DNA of 64,000 bases from Lama glama (lineage: Eukaryota). The notes beneath the pieces were generated by a model. The model was not told the DNA's origin. It saw only the letters and a list, made by a program, of their open reading frames with translations, and ran no database searches. The stretch is from positions 10,418,001-10,482,000 of the forward strand of contig CM052817.1 in the NCBI GenBank assembly GCA_028534125.1, written 5' to 3'. Shown piece after piece: positions 13,123-25,704 of this stretch. The number at the start of each line of letters is the position of its first letter. Within the stretch, counting starts at the first letter, position 1. The translations under genes were made by a program, and so were the position numbers.

Positions 13123-13607
13123 AAAAATTATTTTAATTCAGGTATAGTCAGGTACAATGTGTCAACTTCTATGTACAGCACAATGTCCCAATCATGCATA
13201 CACATACATGTATTTGTTTTTATATTGTTTTCCATTAAAAGTTATTACAAGATATTGAATATATTTCCCTGTGCTAAACAGAAGAAATTTTTTAATATCT
13301 ATTTTTATATACAGTAGCTAACATTTACAATCCTCAGACTCCCAAATTTATCCCTTCCCACCTAGTTTCCCCCAGTAACCATAAGATTGTTTACTAAGTC
13401 TGTGAGTCTGTTTCTGTTTTGCAGATGAGTTCATTAGTGTCCTCTTTTTTTTTTTAGATTCCACATATGGGTGATATCATATGGTATTTTCTTTTCTCTT
13501 TCTGGCTTACTTCACTTAGAATGACAATATTTAGGCCCATCCATGTTGCTGCAAATGGCACTATTTTATTCTTTTTCATGGCTGAGTAGTATTCCATTAT
13601 ATAAATA
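13123..13607 (-). mobile_element. 5'-truncated L1 (ORF2 end + 3'UTR) with 15-bp TSD
   Basis: Reverse complement of the L1 3' end (ccatccatgttgctgcaaatggca, tgtgagtctgtttctgttttg); identical ACAGGGTAGCATTTT at 13108-13122 and 13608-13622. Confidence 0.94.
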
Positions 13608-13829
13608 ACAGGGTAGCATTTTTATCTCCTTTCAAAAGTCAGAGGAGTTTTGGCATGTAGTTCCTGTTTTATTTACCTTTGTTTTCACTGTTCATGACTT
13701 TGAAAGAAAATGCTGCGCAATCTCACACTATTCATCCTATCTCAACTCTAAGATAGGAAGTGGTGGCAGCATATTGGTCCAGTTTAAATAATTACAGTTC
13801 ATTATTCAGTCCAGGTCTGCCTCAAAGAA

Positions 13830-14075
13830 GCAGTATGGAATAGTGGATGGGGGCTTTGGTATCAGAAGGTACTAGATTCGAATCCTGATTCTACTTTCCA
13901 CTAATTTTGGAACTTTGGGAAAAATCAAATAAATTCCCTAAGTTTCAATTTCCATGTCTGTAAAATGAGGATAATAATATCCTTAGGTAGGGTTGTTGGG
14001 AAAGTGTATTAAATGAAATTGTGAATGTAGATTGCCTAGTATCATACCTGGCACATAGTGAAATGACAGTAAATG
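13830..14075 (+). mobile_element. near full-length MIR
   Basis: gcagtatggaatagtggat...ggctttggtatcaga...ttcgaatcctgattct...tctgtaaaatgaggataataata...gggttgttgggaa...cctggcacatagt. Confidence 0.85.
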
Positions 14076-17000
14076 ATGGCTCTAAAGATAAGAGACATGG
14101 AACCAGAGAAAAGAGATCTCCCAACCAGTGGTTGTCGTGATGGCCCAACGGAGACCTAGGATTTATGAACAGTGTTTCAGGGGCTCTGCTGGGAAGAAGA
14201 GCCTAGCCGCCACCTGAATGCTGAGATTTCCACTCACTTTCTAGATTCAACTGGAACATCTTCAGTTTTATCTGTTTTAAATATTGAACTTCTGATCAAG
14301 CTTTTTTGGAGAAGGATTTCTTAGACTAAAAAAAAAATACAAAACTTTGGAAATGATGGAACTATACATTAAAAAAATAACAATCAACTGAATAGGGAAT
14401 ATTTCTAAAACTATAATTCATAAAGATAATTCACAATTTATATCACCCTTTTATGAAATATTACTAATCACTTCCCTCTTTGGAAATTTAATACAGAAAG
14501 TCCCCATTTATTGAGTTCCAACTATGTACTAGGCTGTGGGTTAGGGACTTTCTATTCTCTCTAGTTTAAGGTAATATTTTCTTTAAATAAGTCCGTGCAG
14601 GAGAATTAGTAACGTGTTGATAGTGCACTGCTTAAGAAAGATGCTAATAACGTCTACCATTTTCATTTTATCCAAAGTCTCAAAAACACTGTAAGATAAT
14701 TATTGATAATCTGGGTGAAGACCTCTAACTCAGATCCAATCAGCAGAACTGTGGGTAATTTCAGGCATTTGGGCTGCTTGCCCCGAAACTCTTCAGTTGA
14801 GTGGTCTTCAGGGCCTTGTTTCTGGCATCTTCGCCATGAGAGTTGAGTGTAATGAGATGGGGGAAGACTTCAGTGTCCCCACGCCACTCCTCTTGAATCC
14901 CATCCGCATCAGCATCCTAATTAATTTACCAAGGTTTTCAAAAGAGTTGCATGGAGATTAAGCCACACAGTTCCCACTGGGGTGTTGACACGGCAGAAGC
15001 CGCCTGCAGTGAAGGCTTACACAGAAGGGAGGTGACTACAGCCAGCCAGGGACAGAGAAATGTCTTGACAATACAGGACAGGGATATTTGGATGCTATAA
15101 TCCTGTTCTTTTAAAGAGAGGGGATTCTTGGCTGTTTAAACAAATACCAGCCCAGTTAAATGTCAAGCTTTTAAAAATTATCTAATCTATTTGTTTTGTG
15201 TTTATGAACCACAAACCCAAGGCAGATAGAGGTTCTGGTCTACTTTGATTGGAATAGAATTTCATAATGGGAAGGCACGGAGGTAGGTCTTCTGATGAAT
15301 TACTCCACTGGAGCATCTCTAAGGTCAAGTCAAATTGTGTTCTTTGTTTACTGTGACATAGCCAACCCGCTGAGGTCCTTCTTACAGTCAAACTGCTACA
15401 GGTCTACAAAAGGGAACATTGCAACAGCCTTGGGCTCCTCCTTTCTCAGTCCAAACCTAGGGATCAGCTTTATCCAGGGCGGATCATGTGTGAGAGAGGA
15501 ATCCTGAGAACTGAATCTCAGTTGGCTGTGTTGAGAGTTTTCTTTAAGGAAAACTAAATGACTGACTTCCTTGAATGAAAGGATGGAGGAGAATTTGGTC
15601 ACTGCTGATCTTCCCCAATTAATGATACCTACAGCCCGCTCACAAGCCCTACGAAGCCTCTCCATTCCCTGCCCCTATCATGGAGGTTAAAGGAAACTGA
15701 AAGCTTTGTGATTTATTTCATATGCGACAATTAGCAAGTGGAATAGAGGCACTTAAGAAAAAACATATACATTCCTTGTTTGGAAATGGTGGAAAAAAAC
15801 AAAACAAAACCGGGCATAGCTTATGAAGGGGAATTAATGTTTTCTCTTTTCAGAAAAATTCTGTGCATTCCTCTTAATCAATACAATTAATGTAGCTTTT
15901 ATCTAAAGTTGGCCTTAAAAAAAAAAAAGCTGCCTTTCAGTTGAAATCCAAAATCAAAAGGGTCCCCAATTAAGAAAACATTTTCTGTTGTGCTGAATTC
16001 ATGTTACCGTACTGTGAGCTCTGACATTTTGTTTCTGTGGTAACCAAAATCAGCTGATTAGTTGGCATGGCAACAGAAAAGATGTAATCCCAGCAGACAC
16101 ACTCTAATCAATGCCCCCAGCACAGATGGTCTCCGGAGGATCAACACGAAAGAGGCTGGCAGGCATTCAGCGGATCACGTGCTAGCTTGAGACTAGGCCA
16201 GGAACAAGAGAACTAAAAAAGAACATTTCTCAAACTAACCGGTAGCTTTTTAACCCTTTTCTCTCTTTGACTAACTGGAAAGCAATATTGACCATGTCTG
16301 TCATTGTGTAATAAAATGATTCTCATGTAGCTTTTATGAAATAAAATGTGCTTTTTAGGTGGGAGTGTTTATTTAATTTTTTTGGTCTGTATGCTTGGAA
16401 CAGCAGGCATGGACTAGTGCTTTTAGATGAACAGTTACATAAAGCTCATTGTATTTTACTTGGAGATGCTGCATGTATAAATGAATATGCAAATACATAT
16501 ATGTACATTTATTAGAGAATATAATCACTGGTATTATAATAATTTGGTTAGAGTCAAGATAAGAGCATAAACGTATAAATCCTGGAGTATAACGTGGTCT
16601 ACAACCTCAGGTAAGAATGATGAACTGAGTGACAAAGGCATGAATGAGGATTCGTATTAGAAAACTGGTTGGCATTTCCTTGGTACTTTTCTGCAGTAGC
16701 AAATAATTCTCATTAAGTAATTGAGATCAAGAGAAAAAACATAATCCTGTGTTTACAGGAGTGATAAGGGTGTCCAGTCATGGCCATATTTATTGTCCCA
16801 GTTTGTGAGAAATCCCCAAATAACCCAACAGGTACCCCAGAGAGGGGTCCTTTCAGTATCTGCCAGTATTCACACCTTCAAATACAATTCAAGGGTCTTT
16901 GATTCTGAAAACCTCAGTGATCGCTCCTTGATTATTGAGCCCTGTTTCCAATTTGAATCTAAATTAAATACAGAAAAGAAAGATTTCATAATGTATGTTT

Positions 17001-19443
17001 TCACACTCTAATTACATATTTATCCATAATCTGTAAAGTTCCCAGAATCAGGAAATTGCAAAATGTTCACCATGGTCCTGAAGAATATTAAGTATTATGT
17101 TGATTAGGGCTGTGGCTGATTTTGGATTTACCAGTTGACCAGGTTTTCTGAAAAGCAACCCAGAAACACTGGGTCAAATGCTATTTGGGGAATTAGAGTC
17201 TGTTGATATTCTAAATCAGAACAATGTGGTACTACCTACACATAATGTGCTAAGTAATGCCCTGTACTCACAGCACGATCCCCTTTAAAAATAAAGCATC
17301 AGCTTCCAAATTATTTTTTTTGGTGATACTGAAAGATCATGAGCCCACTGGTTTGTACATAAAAGCCATTTTTTTTATTACACAAAGATGAGCTATTCTT
17401 AATTAATATAAGAACAAAAGAAAAACTGGATTCTTTGGGTAGTATAATGATGGCCAAGGAGCAAAAAGAAAAAAAAAGAGGAATGCTTTGGAATTTTCTA
17501 AAAATAAATGTGCATAATTAGCATCTGGACTAAGTCCACATAGCTAAGCTACATTTCCCAGAAAGTGATCTCTTTCTTTCATCACAGTATGAAATTATTC
17601 ATGACAAGAGTTGGCAAACGTGTCGCCATGAGTAGTCAGAGGCTCGAGTCCCAGAGAACTGAGTTCAGGGGGGTGACCAGATCTTTGTGGCAAGTGCCAT
17701 CTTAATTTGAATTTTAAAAAGCACTTTACAAATTCATCAGAAGAATGGGATTCTTTTTGATTTAAAACTAGTCCGGAACATACAATACTATATCTTCAGA
17801 GCAACTGATTATGCTTAGGTATGAAAAAGTTTTGGTCTGAGAAAAAAAGAAATTGGGGAAATATATGAAAAGGCTACCACTACTACGTGCATTTTTATTT
17901 TTAGTGGCTACAGGCTTTGGAAGGAGCTCCTTCATTATGGCAAAGTTTTATTAATTATCATGGATTTCTTTTTTTCCCAATCTCAATAAGGAATTGGTGT
18001 GTTTTTCTTGAATTACCTAAGAGGAGCCCTAAGCCTACACAAACAATAATAAAGCAACAGAAAAAGGCTTTCTTTGCAATGCTTGGGCTTTGGAAGGCTA
18101 GAAATGACTGTCTACCCACAAGGTGATATAAATGTTTTGTATCTTCCATAACAAGTGAGCCCACGGACAGAGTAAACTGTCATCCAGGTGATCATTCCTT
18201 TCCACAGAGCAAAGCTCTCTTCCCAGCATGGACTTCTGCAGGCAGTGGGGATCTTCCTGGTCCCTGATTGACAGCTTTCCTCTCTGCTCAACTGCTAAAA
18301 AGGAGGAAAGGGAAAAACCCATCTCCTGTTCCACGTTTAAAATGTCTATTGACAAAATCAAGATGCTATCAAATCAATGGCATTTGATGATTTGCTTTTG
18401 CATTTTGTAACCATTTCCTTTTCCTTTTTTTTTTTTTTTAACACTGTCATGGGCACCCAAAGGATTAAACTGCACCAAGAAGATCAAAGAATACTTTAAA
18501 TAATGAACAATTTATATTTGTTCTTTCAGCCAAATTGTGCATAAGTAACAAACCCATCTTCAGTTTTATAATTTGGGCTTGCAATTGACCCTGATAATTC
18601 AGCTTCTCTTAACTGTAAAGAGAGAGTTGTCATTTGTGTTTTCCACTGAAGAGATATACATTGATATTACAAATTAGTTTCACACAGAGTCTTAGTCAAA
18701 ATGCAATGGACTAGTGTTTATTAAAATAAAGCTCCGTTTCCCAGATTCTTTAAGTATTTGTTCTTATTAATTTTTTTCTTGTGGGTAGATATAAAGGGAT
18801 TATGTATAGTGTTCCCGAAAGGTCTTTGCCCAGGGGAAGCACTCAGTGTGTCCACTTTTTGTGTGTCTAGGGAGAATGATAGAGGTAGAATGTATGGAAG
18901 ATGAGGTTGATTCTCTATCTCTGCTCTTTTTCACTTCACATTCTCCCTCCCCTCACTGTGTTTCTCTTTCACAGCCAACTTCTGTTTCTATTGTGTGCGC
19001 TCACCTGCTGAGTTCCTTGCTTAATACTCTGACCAAAATCACAGAACTTCTTAAAATCTGGGGAAACAACTTTTAAAACTCTGAATCCCCTAATTTCAAA
19101 ATTTTGTTGTACACTTAAAACTAATACATTGTTGTATGTCAATTATATCTCAGTTGAAAAAAGACACCAAAATTCTATTTAGCAGCCTAAGCCTTAATAG
19201 GCAGCCCAAACTCTCTTCTTGAGGGTCTATCACGTTTGGCTTTGGCGTACTCTGCACCGCGTGCACACATTTACAACAGGAGTCACCCAAAGAGTCTTGC
19301 CAGGTTATCAACAAAAACATCATCTCACAGTGCTGGAAGTGTCTGAGATGTGAGAAATCAGCTCAAAGCTCCAGAAGAAAACAGTCATGATTATCTTTCA
19401 ACACACCCAGTTAAGAAGCCCTGTTGTTGAGCCCGCTCTGTAC

Positions 19444-19616
19444 CTTAGTGAACATGGGCTTCCCGTGTTGGGTGACCATGGCGCACTGGTCGCAGTCCAC
19501 CGTGATGGATGAGTTGTGGTAGGACTCTTTCGAGTGTTTGAGAATGTAATACAGGTCAGTCACCCCTCCTTCAAACACAGTGCTAAAGTAACGGGGGATG
19601 AGGGTCCTGCCGATGG
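19444..19616 (-). CDS. LDB2: LDB2 internal coding exon (probably exon 3), 173 bp, phase 1 start / phase 0 end
   Basis: Encodes (T)IGRTLIPRYFSTVFEGGVTDLYYILKHSKESYHNSSITVDCDQCAMVTQHGKPMFTK, recognisable as the LDB dimerisation domain with LDB2-type residues. Acceptor TGTTTCTCTGTGTTTCTCCTCCAG (AG at 19618-19617); donor AAG|GTACAG (GT at 19443-19442). Exon number is from recollection of the human gene. Confidence 0.97.
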
Positions 19617-21784
19617 CTGGAGGAGAAACACAGAGAAACAAACTGTTAGCAGAAATATCCAAACAATCCCATACACCCCACACCACTGCCAGATCTCCGA
19701 CTGGATACGAATAGGACCAGAAGGCAAATTTCTCTTTCTCAACCACCACGTCCCTTCTAGGTTACATTTAATACAATAAAATCCCTAAGTATTCAGGAGA
19801 AAGTCATCTTTCCAGACCTTGTGTCCACTGAAAGTCAATAGTGTGAGAGTTAGTATTTTAAACATAAGGGGGACAAATGTACTGACTACTTTGGACCTCT
19901 AAATGAACATATTTTCAAAAAATAAAGCATCCAATTGACCTGGATTTTTCAATGGATCGTTTACAGACCAGTTACTGAATCATGTTTTATTAGTAGTAGA
20001 AGCAGTAGTCATAATAATATAAATTTTGATAATGTAATGCTTTGTGGAGTGTGAAGTATTTTGGAATTCACTCATTGGATTTTCAGAACAACCCCAAGAG
20101 AGCAGGGAACTGAGATCCCAGAAGGTTATTATGAAAGAAAAAAGTTATTAGGAATGGTTTCAAAGTCACATGACTCATTAGTAAGATAATTGGGGTCTCT
20201 AACTTCAAATCTGCAAACAACCAAGACAAAAACATTTTCCAACACTGTCTCCAATTGCTTTAATGAAGGGAAGTCTTTAAAACTTGATGCGTATCTGCAT
20301 ATACAAAGAAACCCATGCCTACGTAAATGCTGATTATTCTATCTGCTTCTGGAGTTGAATAAAATATCTTTGCAGAATAAAAGGCCCATTTTAAGAGAAC
20401 TTGATACCTTCCACTTGGTCTAAATCGGTCTCTTTCATTCCGTGTGTCCTGTCCTGCCCCATTTTAGTTTGAGATTGGTAAGTAGCTGGGTCTCTCTGAT
20501 ATATGACGCTTAGAAACAGCTAACAAGCCCTGGCTTTAGCAGAGACTTTAAATCCTCTTACACCGAAAATCCCAACTCATAATATCAGGAATTTTGCCTA
20601 TGTGCAGATTTTGAGGCAAAGTACTAAAGCCCTCTCAAGTGATCCAAGGTTTTTAATAAATCTCTTAACCTTCGCTATATACAGCTTCCTCAAAGACAAA
20701 AATAGTATTTAAGATAAATAAATTACCAAAGAGAGTTTTAGTAGGAAAGATCATGCAATCTTCACTTGAATGTTTTAAAATGTTTAATTTCATTTTAAAA
20801 GAATCAGTATTAATCCATTTCATATGGATCTTTATCTCTTTTGTACATGGATTTGGAAAAAATAATAACTATAAAAAGACCCTGCCAAACTTCTTTCTGA
20901 AGTGATCTCTAAAGAAGCCCGATGTGGATGACTGGTCTCTGAATAATTTATACAGTTGTTATTGCTTCATATTTACTGCAATGAAACCAATCAACAAGTG
21001 TGCGCTAAATATTCCAGGATCTTTGGCAATTTCATCCTAAACAATCCTTACACATACATTTCCTAAATACTGCCTAATCCCCAATAGTGCAGATTTATTT
21101 GCTAAATATAAAATTCAAATAAGAGTAATTTGAGCTCACCAGATCCTAAAACATATGAATAGCTGATCTATTATAATGAAAACTTTGTTAATGCGAAAAA
21201 CCTTATTGTACTTTGCTAAACAGCGAAAACTAATCAAATGCATTTCAAATCTTCTAACCTAAAACTAATTACCATATATCAACTCTAGTAATTTGACATT
21301 TTGGGATCTGTACTGTGGCAAATAAACACTAACTATAAAAAAAAATAGATGTAGGGTGAAAATATTTCACTATAATATCCAAGGAATTGTCACATTAAAA
21401 AGGTTACTGCAAATAAACATCACTGGATTAGGCACATCATCGTGTATTCATGAATCCTGCACAATTTAATTTCTTCATTGTAGGGTTTGCTATCTATTAT
21501 CATTATTTTCACTCATAGTTTAAGGAAAGTCAAATGGGAAAAATATTTGAAATTTCTTAACTTTAAAATATCAATTGGAAACTCCAGATAATGTACAGAC
21601 TACATAAAAAATAGATTTAGAGGGAAATTCGGGTTTGCTTCCTTAAATACTTTCTAGCCCTGAAGGAAATGATTGGTGTGGATACCTGAGCTTTGTTTTC
21701 AGCCCTGTTTCCTTTGTGGGATGACTCCACCATTTTTTCCGCGGTCTTGCACGGACCGTAACTCACAAAGCTCCGTTATCCACG

Positions 21785-22300
21785 GTGGTAGGCTGTTAGC
21801 CTGACTGCCCCAATGAACCACAACAATGGAATTCCTGCCCGTGCCTTCTTCTCAGATCTAGGCTGGGCCCTGTCATCTGTTTTACTTACTAGAATGTGGC
21901 ACAGGTAACCTGTGTCCCTTGGGGCCAAACCTAAAAAGGCCTAGAAGTTTCTACTTTGTTCTTGCAGGAAAATCAGTTGCTGTGTAAAAAGTCCAGCTAC
22001 CCTAAGGCTGCTGTCCCATGGGAAGCCCAACCCAGACATGGGGAACAGTCCCATGAAGGGGAACCATGTCTTCCAGACAAGAGCCAGCACCAGCTTGTGT
22101 GGGTGAGGCCATTTTGGAAGTGGATTCCCTGAGCCCTGGATGAGCTGCCTCAAGCTGGTTGCACAAGGACCAGAGATGAACTGCCTCTCATAGATTTTGT
22201 GCCCCAAATTGCAGAATCATGAGTAAATAAAAGACATGTTTGTATTTTAAGCCCGTAAGTCTTGGGGCATTTTTAAGTGTAGCAATGGATAATCATAGCA
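21785..22300 (+). mobile_element. MaLR solo LTR (MLT1 family)
   Basis: MLT1-like body (tagaatgtggcacaggtaac, ccattttggaagtggattcc) and 3' end gcccaaattgcagaatcatgagtaaataaa...ttttaagcccgtaagtcttgggg...agcaatggataa. Confidence 0.75.
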
Positions 22301-22687
22301 CTCTTTCAACCTCTTAGGTTACAAATACGGGCAGATGAGATTAGAATCCTCCCCTGAAAGAAAGAGGTCAGTGTTGCCACTAAAAGCCTGTGAATCATAG
22401 AAATCCTGAAGCTTGCATACAAGGAAAAACAGACTAGAGAGACAGGGTCTTTGTGGACTGACGTGGGCCCTCATCTTAGCTAGGAATGAACCAGCTCCAT
22501 CCCTTGGACGTCCCACTTACGTGAGATGTACCCCCTCTTCTTCTGGCTTAAGTGAGTGTATGTTAGCTTTCTGTGATTTTACAAACAGGGGAATCCTGAT
22601 TAATGCTATCCTGTTCCAGCGTGGAATGGGGGCGTGAACATGTGTAAAACAAAAAAGAAGTGACGAAAAAAAGATGTTGTCAGAGAC

Positions 22688-22742
22688 TGTATCAGTTTTT
22701 TATTGTTGCTGTAACAAATTACTACAAACTTAGTTGCTTAAA

Positions 22743-22802
<60 letters not shown>

Positions 22803-23216
22803 GTTTATTTATCTTATAGTTCTGACAATCTGTCATGGATCTTGCTGGGCCAAATGCAAGGTGTTAGCAGAGATGCATACCTGTCTAGAGGCTCTAGGGG
22901 AGGATTTGTTTTCTTGTTTTTTCCAGCATGTAGAGGCTGCTCCTTAGCTGTGGCCTCTTTTTCCACCTTCAAGCAGCAATAGTGGATGGATTCCTCACGA
23001 TCTCACTCTCACTTCCTCTTCTGCCTCCCTCTTCCACTTTTAAGGACCCTTGTGATTGCACCGGGCCCATCCAAATAATCCAAGATCACCTCTCATCTCA
23101 AGGTCCTTAATTTAATCAGCTCTACAATGTTCATTTTGCCAGGTAAGGTAACATATTTGTAAGTACCAGGGATTGGGACTGGACATCTCTGGGGAGTCAT
23201 TATCCTATCCATCCCA
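22688..23216 (-). mobile_element. MaLR solo LTR (MLT1A-D-like) containing an (ATCT)15 expansion
   Basis: tgtatcagttt...gctgtaacaaattactacaaacttagttgcttaaaa...gaggctctaggggagga...taaggacccttgtgattgcaccgggcccatccaaataatccaaga...ggtaacatat...ggacatct. Confidence 0.85.
22743..22802. repeat. (ATCT)15 tetranucleotide microsatellite
   Basis: 15 perfect units counted. Confidence 0.98.
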
Positions 23217-23269
23217 AAGATTATCTTTATCAAAGAGCTTCTGTTCTGCAAGGGAGTATAGTCAAAAAT

Positions 23270-23272
<3 letters not shown>

Positions 23273-23320
<48 letters not shown>
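23273..23320. repeat. (AC)24 microsatellite
   Basis: 48 bp perfect dinucleotide run. Confidence 0.98.
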
Positions 23321-23323
<3 letters not shown>

Positions 23324-25704
23324 TGGTGCAACATATAGGTAATGTGCAGCAAATGGGACAAATAACCAGAAAAAATAACTGCATGTGCTTGAGGAAATCT
23401 CCCTATAACTCATTCACTGGTTTCTTCTGTAAACATTCACTGAACCCAGAGTAGGTGTAAAGCTCCTTGGCAGGTGCTAGAAGCACAAAGATTGATTTTT
23501 GTCCCTGTCTTTCCACCTCATTTCTAATAACAAATATCTAAGTACAACACAATGTGAAAATGGTTAAAGTTAAAAAAAAAAACAGATTTGTGATTTTGAA
23601 CTCTGCCTTTTTCTTCTGAATGCTGGATTCAGTGTACCATTATATTATTTTTGAAGCACTGAGAAGATTAAAATGTCCTTTTAATTTAATAAATTGTGCA
23701 ACCACACTGCACAGCCTAACATAAATGACTTTAAATCAGTAGACATTTCAGATTTAGATTCAGTGGTTCCCTAACTTACCAGCCACATCAGTTCTAAATC
23801 TACTTAAGTTTTACACTGTCACACTGATAAGCTACACTTATGTTTTACATTTGTGCTTTAATCCTTGGAATTAAAACCAATTTAAATATTGATATGCATA
23901 AACTTACATTGTGCTTCCATGAAGAGGATTGTATCTTTCACATAGACTTGAAGAGAGATTAAGATTCTAGTAGATTACAAAAGAGATTCCAGTTTTCTAG
24001 TACATTTAGGTCAAAGCTCCAAAAATTGAAAAGAGGAAGTATAGTAAGCAAGGGGCAGATTTTCTGTGATGTTAGCAGAGTGGAATACAGTATATATTAC
24101 TTATCCATGTATTCATGAAACAGAAAGGAAAATCACAGATTAAATTATTCAGGAGCCTGAAATATGTATAAAGAACCTTTAAATAATGTTCTACCTTGTA
24201 GGTAAACATGATTAGTCTGGAAATAGCTAACAGTTTATCCATAGCTAATTTGGATGTTGAGCTCTGAACTCCAGTTCCTTGGAAAGTTTTCCATTGTTGT
24301 TCTGTTTTGTTCCCAAGCATTGGCCCTCACTCCACAGAAGTTCTTCCTATGGGCATTGGTAGGCTGATGGGGGTGTAGAGGTAGGGTCTAGCTTCTGTCT
24401 CTTCTTGAGGCATTATTCAGAGATGTTAGGACATCTACAGGATACTTGTAGATATTAGCTGATTTTTCCCCCATTGAGAAACCAGATGGTACAAGCTGGA
24501 AACTCTTAATCACTGAGAAGATACAAACTAACATGCATCTGGCCTTTTGGAGCATTTTGTCTCTATTAATAATTCTCAAATGCTTTTCTTAAACTCTCAA
24601 GGATGTTTACAAGGCATTCACATGAAAGAAATTGCAAGAAGTAAATAATCATATGGGAAAATGTTGAAACTAGTAATCAAAATAATAATAAAAAGATTAA
24701 AACACAAACCTGATGAGGTTGTGTTGAAACAAGCATCCTCAAATACTTCAAGTGAAATCAGTGCAACAACTGTTCCTTATCTTAAGAATCTCTAATTCTC
24801 TGATAGTTTGTTACGTGGGACTCTAAGTGCTTCATAAATAAAAACACTTGCCAAACTGCAGTTCTATTGTTCAGATCTTGAATGTGCTGAAGTTCTCCAA
24901 GTCTTTTGAGAAGCCATTGTCCAATGTTAAGACCTTTTGATCTGGGGCCATTACTTATATTCTAAGTGCCCGTAATTTCATTTTTCAAAGAAAATCCACT
25001 TCAAAAACAAGGAAAGAGGTTGAGGACCCCAATTAAAACACAGAACAAGAGGAATGTTTGTAACTAACAATATATTAATACCACTTAACTCTTCACAATT
25101 ATTTAGCTAATGGTTTTTTACTTCATTGGAAAAAGAAAACCATATAACCACACCACACATTTGTGTTTTTAATTAGGCGAAGTTAATTACAATAAAACAA
25201 TAGATAATTATGATTTTTAAACATTTTTTGTAAACATAATAATGGCTAAACTGTTGTCTAAATCTGAGTAGTTTGATACAGTTGTTTTAAATCAGTAATA
25301 CCTTGGAAATCCAAATAAAAATCCTACCACAAAATTCGACTACATCGTAAACACAAAGATTCATTAAACTCTAAACTTACCTAGATTCAGAAATAAGTAA
25401 ATGCATTATGCTAGCATGTAAATGGAGATACTCTTAGCAGGGAAATAAACAACATGGATGTTTTTATTTGTGGTAAATAACAATTATAAATAGCCAAAAC
25501 AATGGGAATAAAACACACTCAAACTTTGATGGGGTGATATGGATTCAAGGCAGATTCCTTTGTCCTGATGAAGGGAAAGCAAGCCAGACTCACTCTACTT
25601 TCACAAACTGACATCATTTTCACTCTAACGTATCTTCTACTTCTTCTCTCAAACAAAGCTATCTGACTTACACATCTTCTTTCTTGCGATGTCAAAGACT
25701 TTGA

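Noticed and set aside
19444..19616. Assignment to the paralogue LDB1
   Set aside because: Residues such as VCTEGRLILEFTFDDLMR, QYRELVPR and RMGLTNFTLN, plus very long introns, fit LDB2 as I recall the two proteins.
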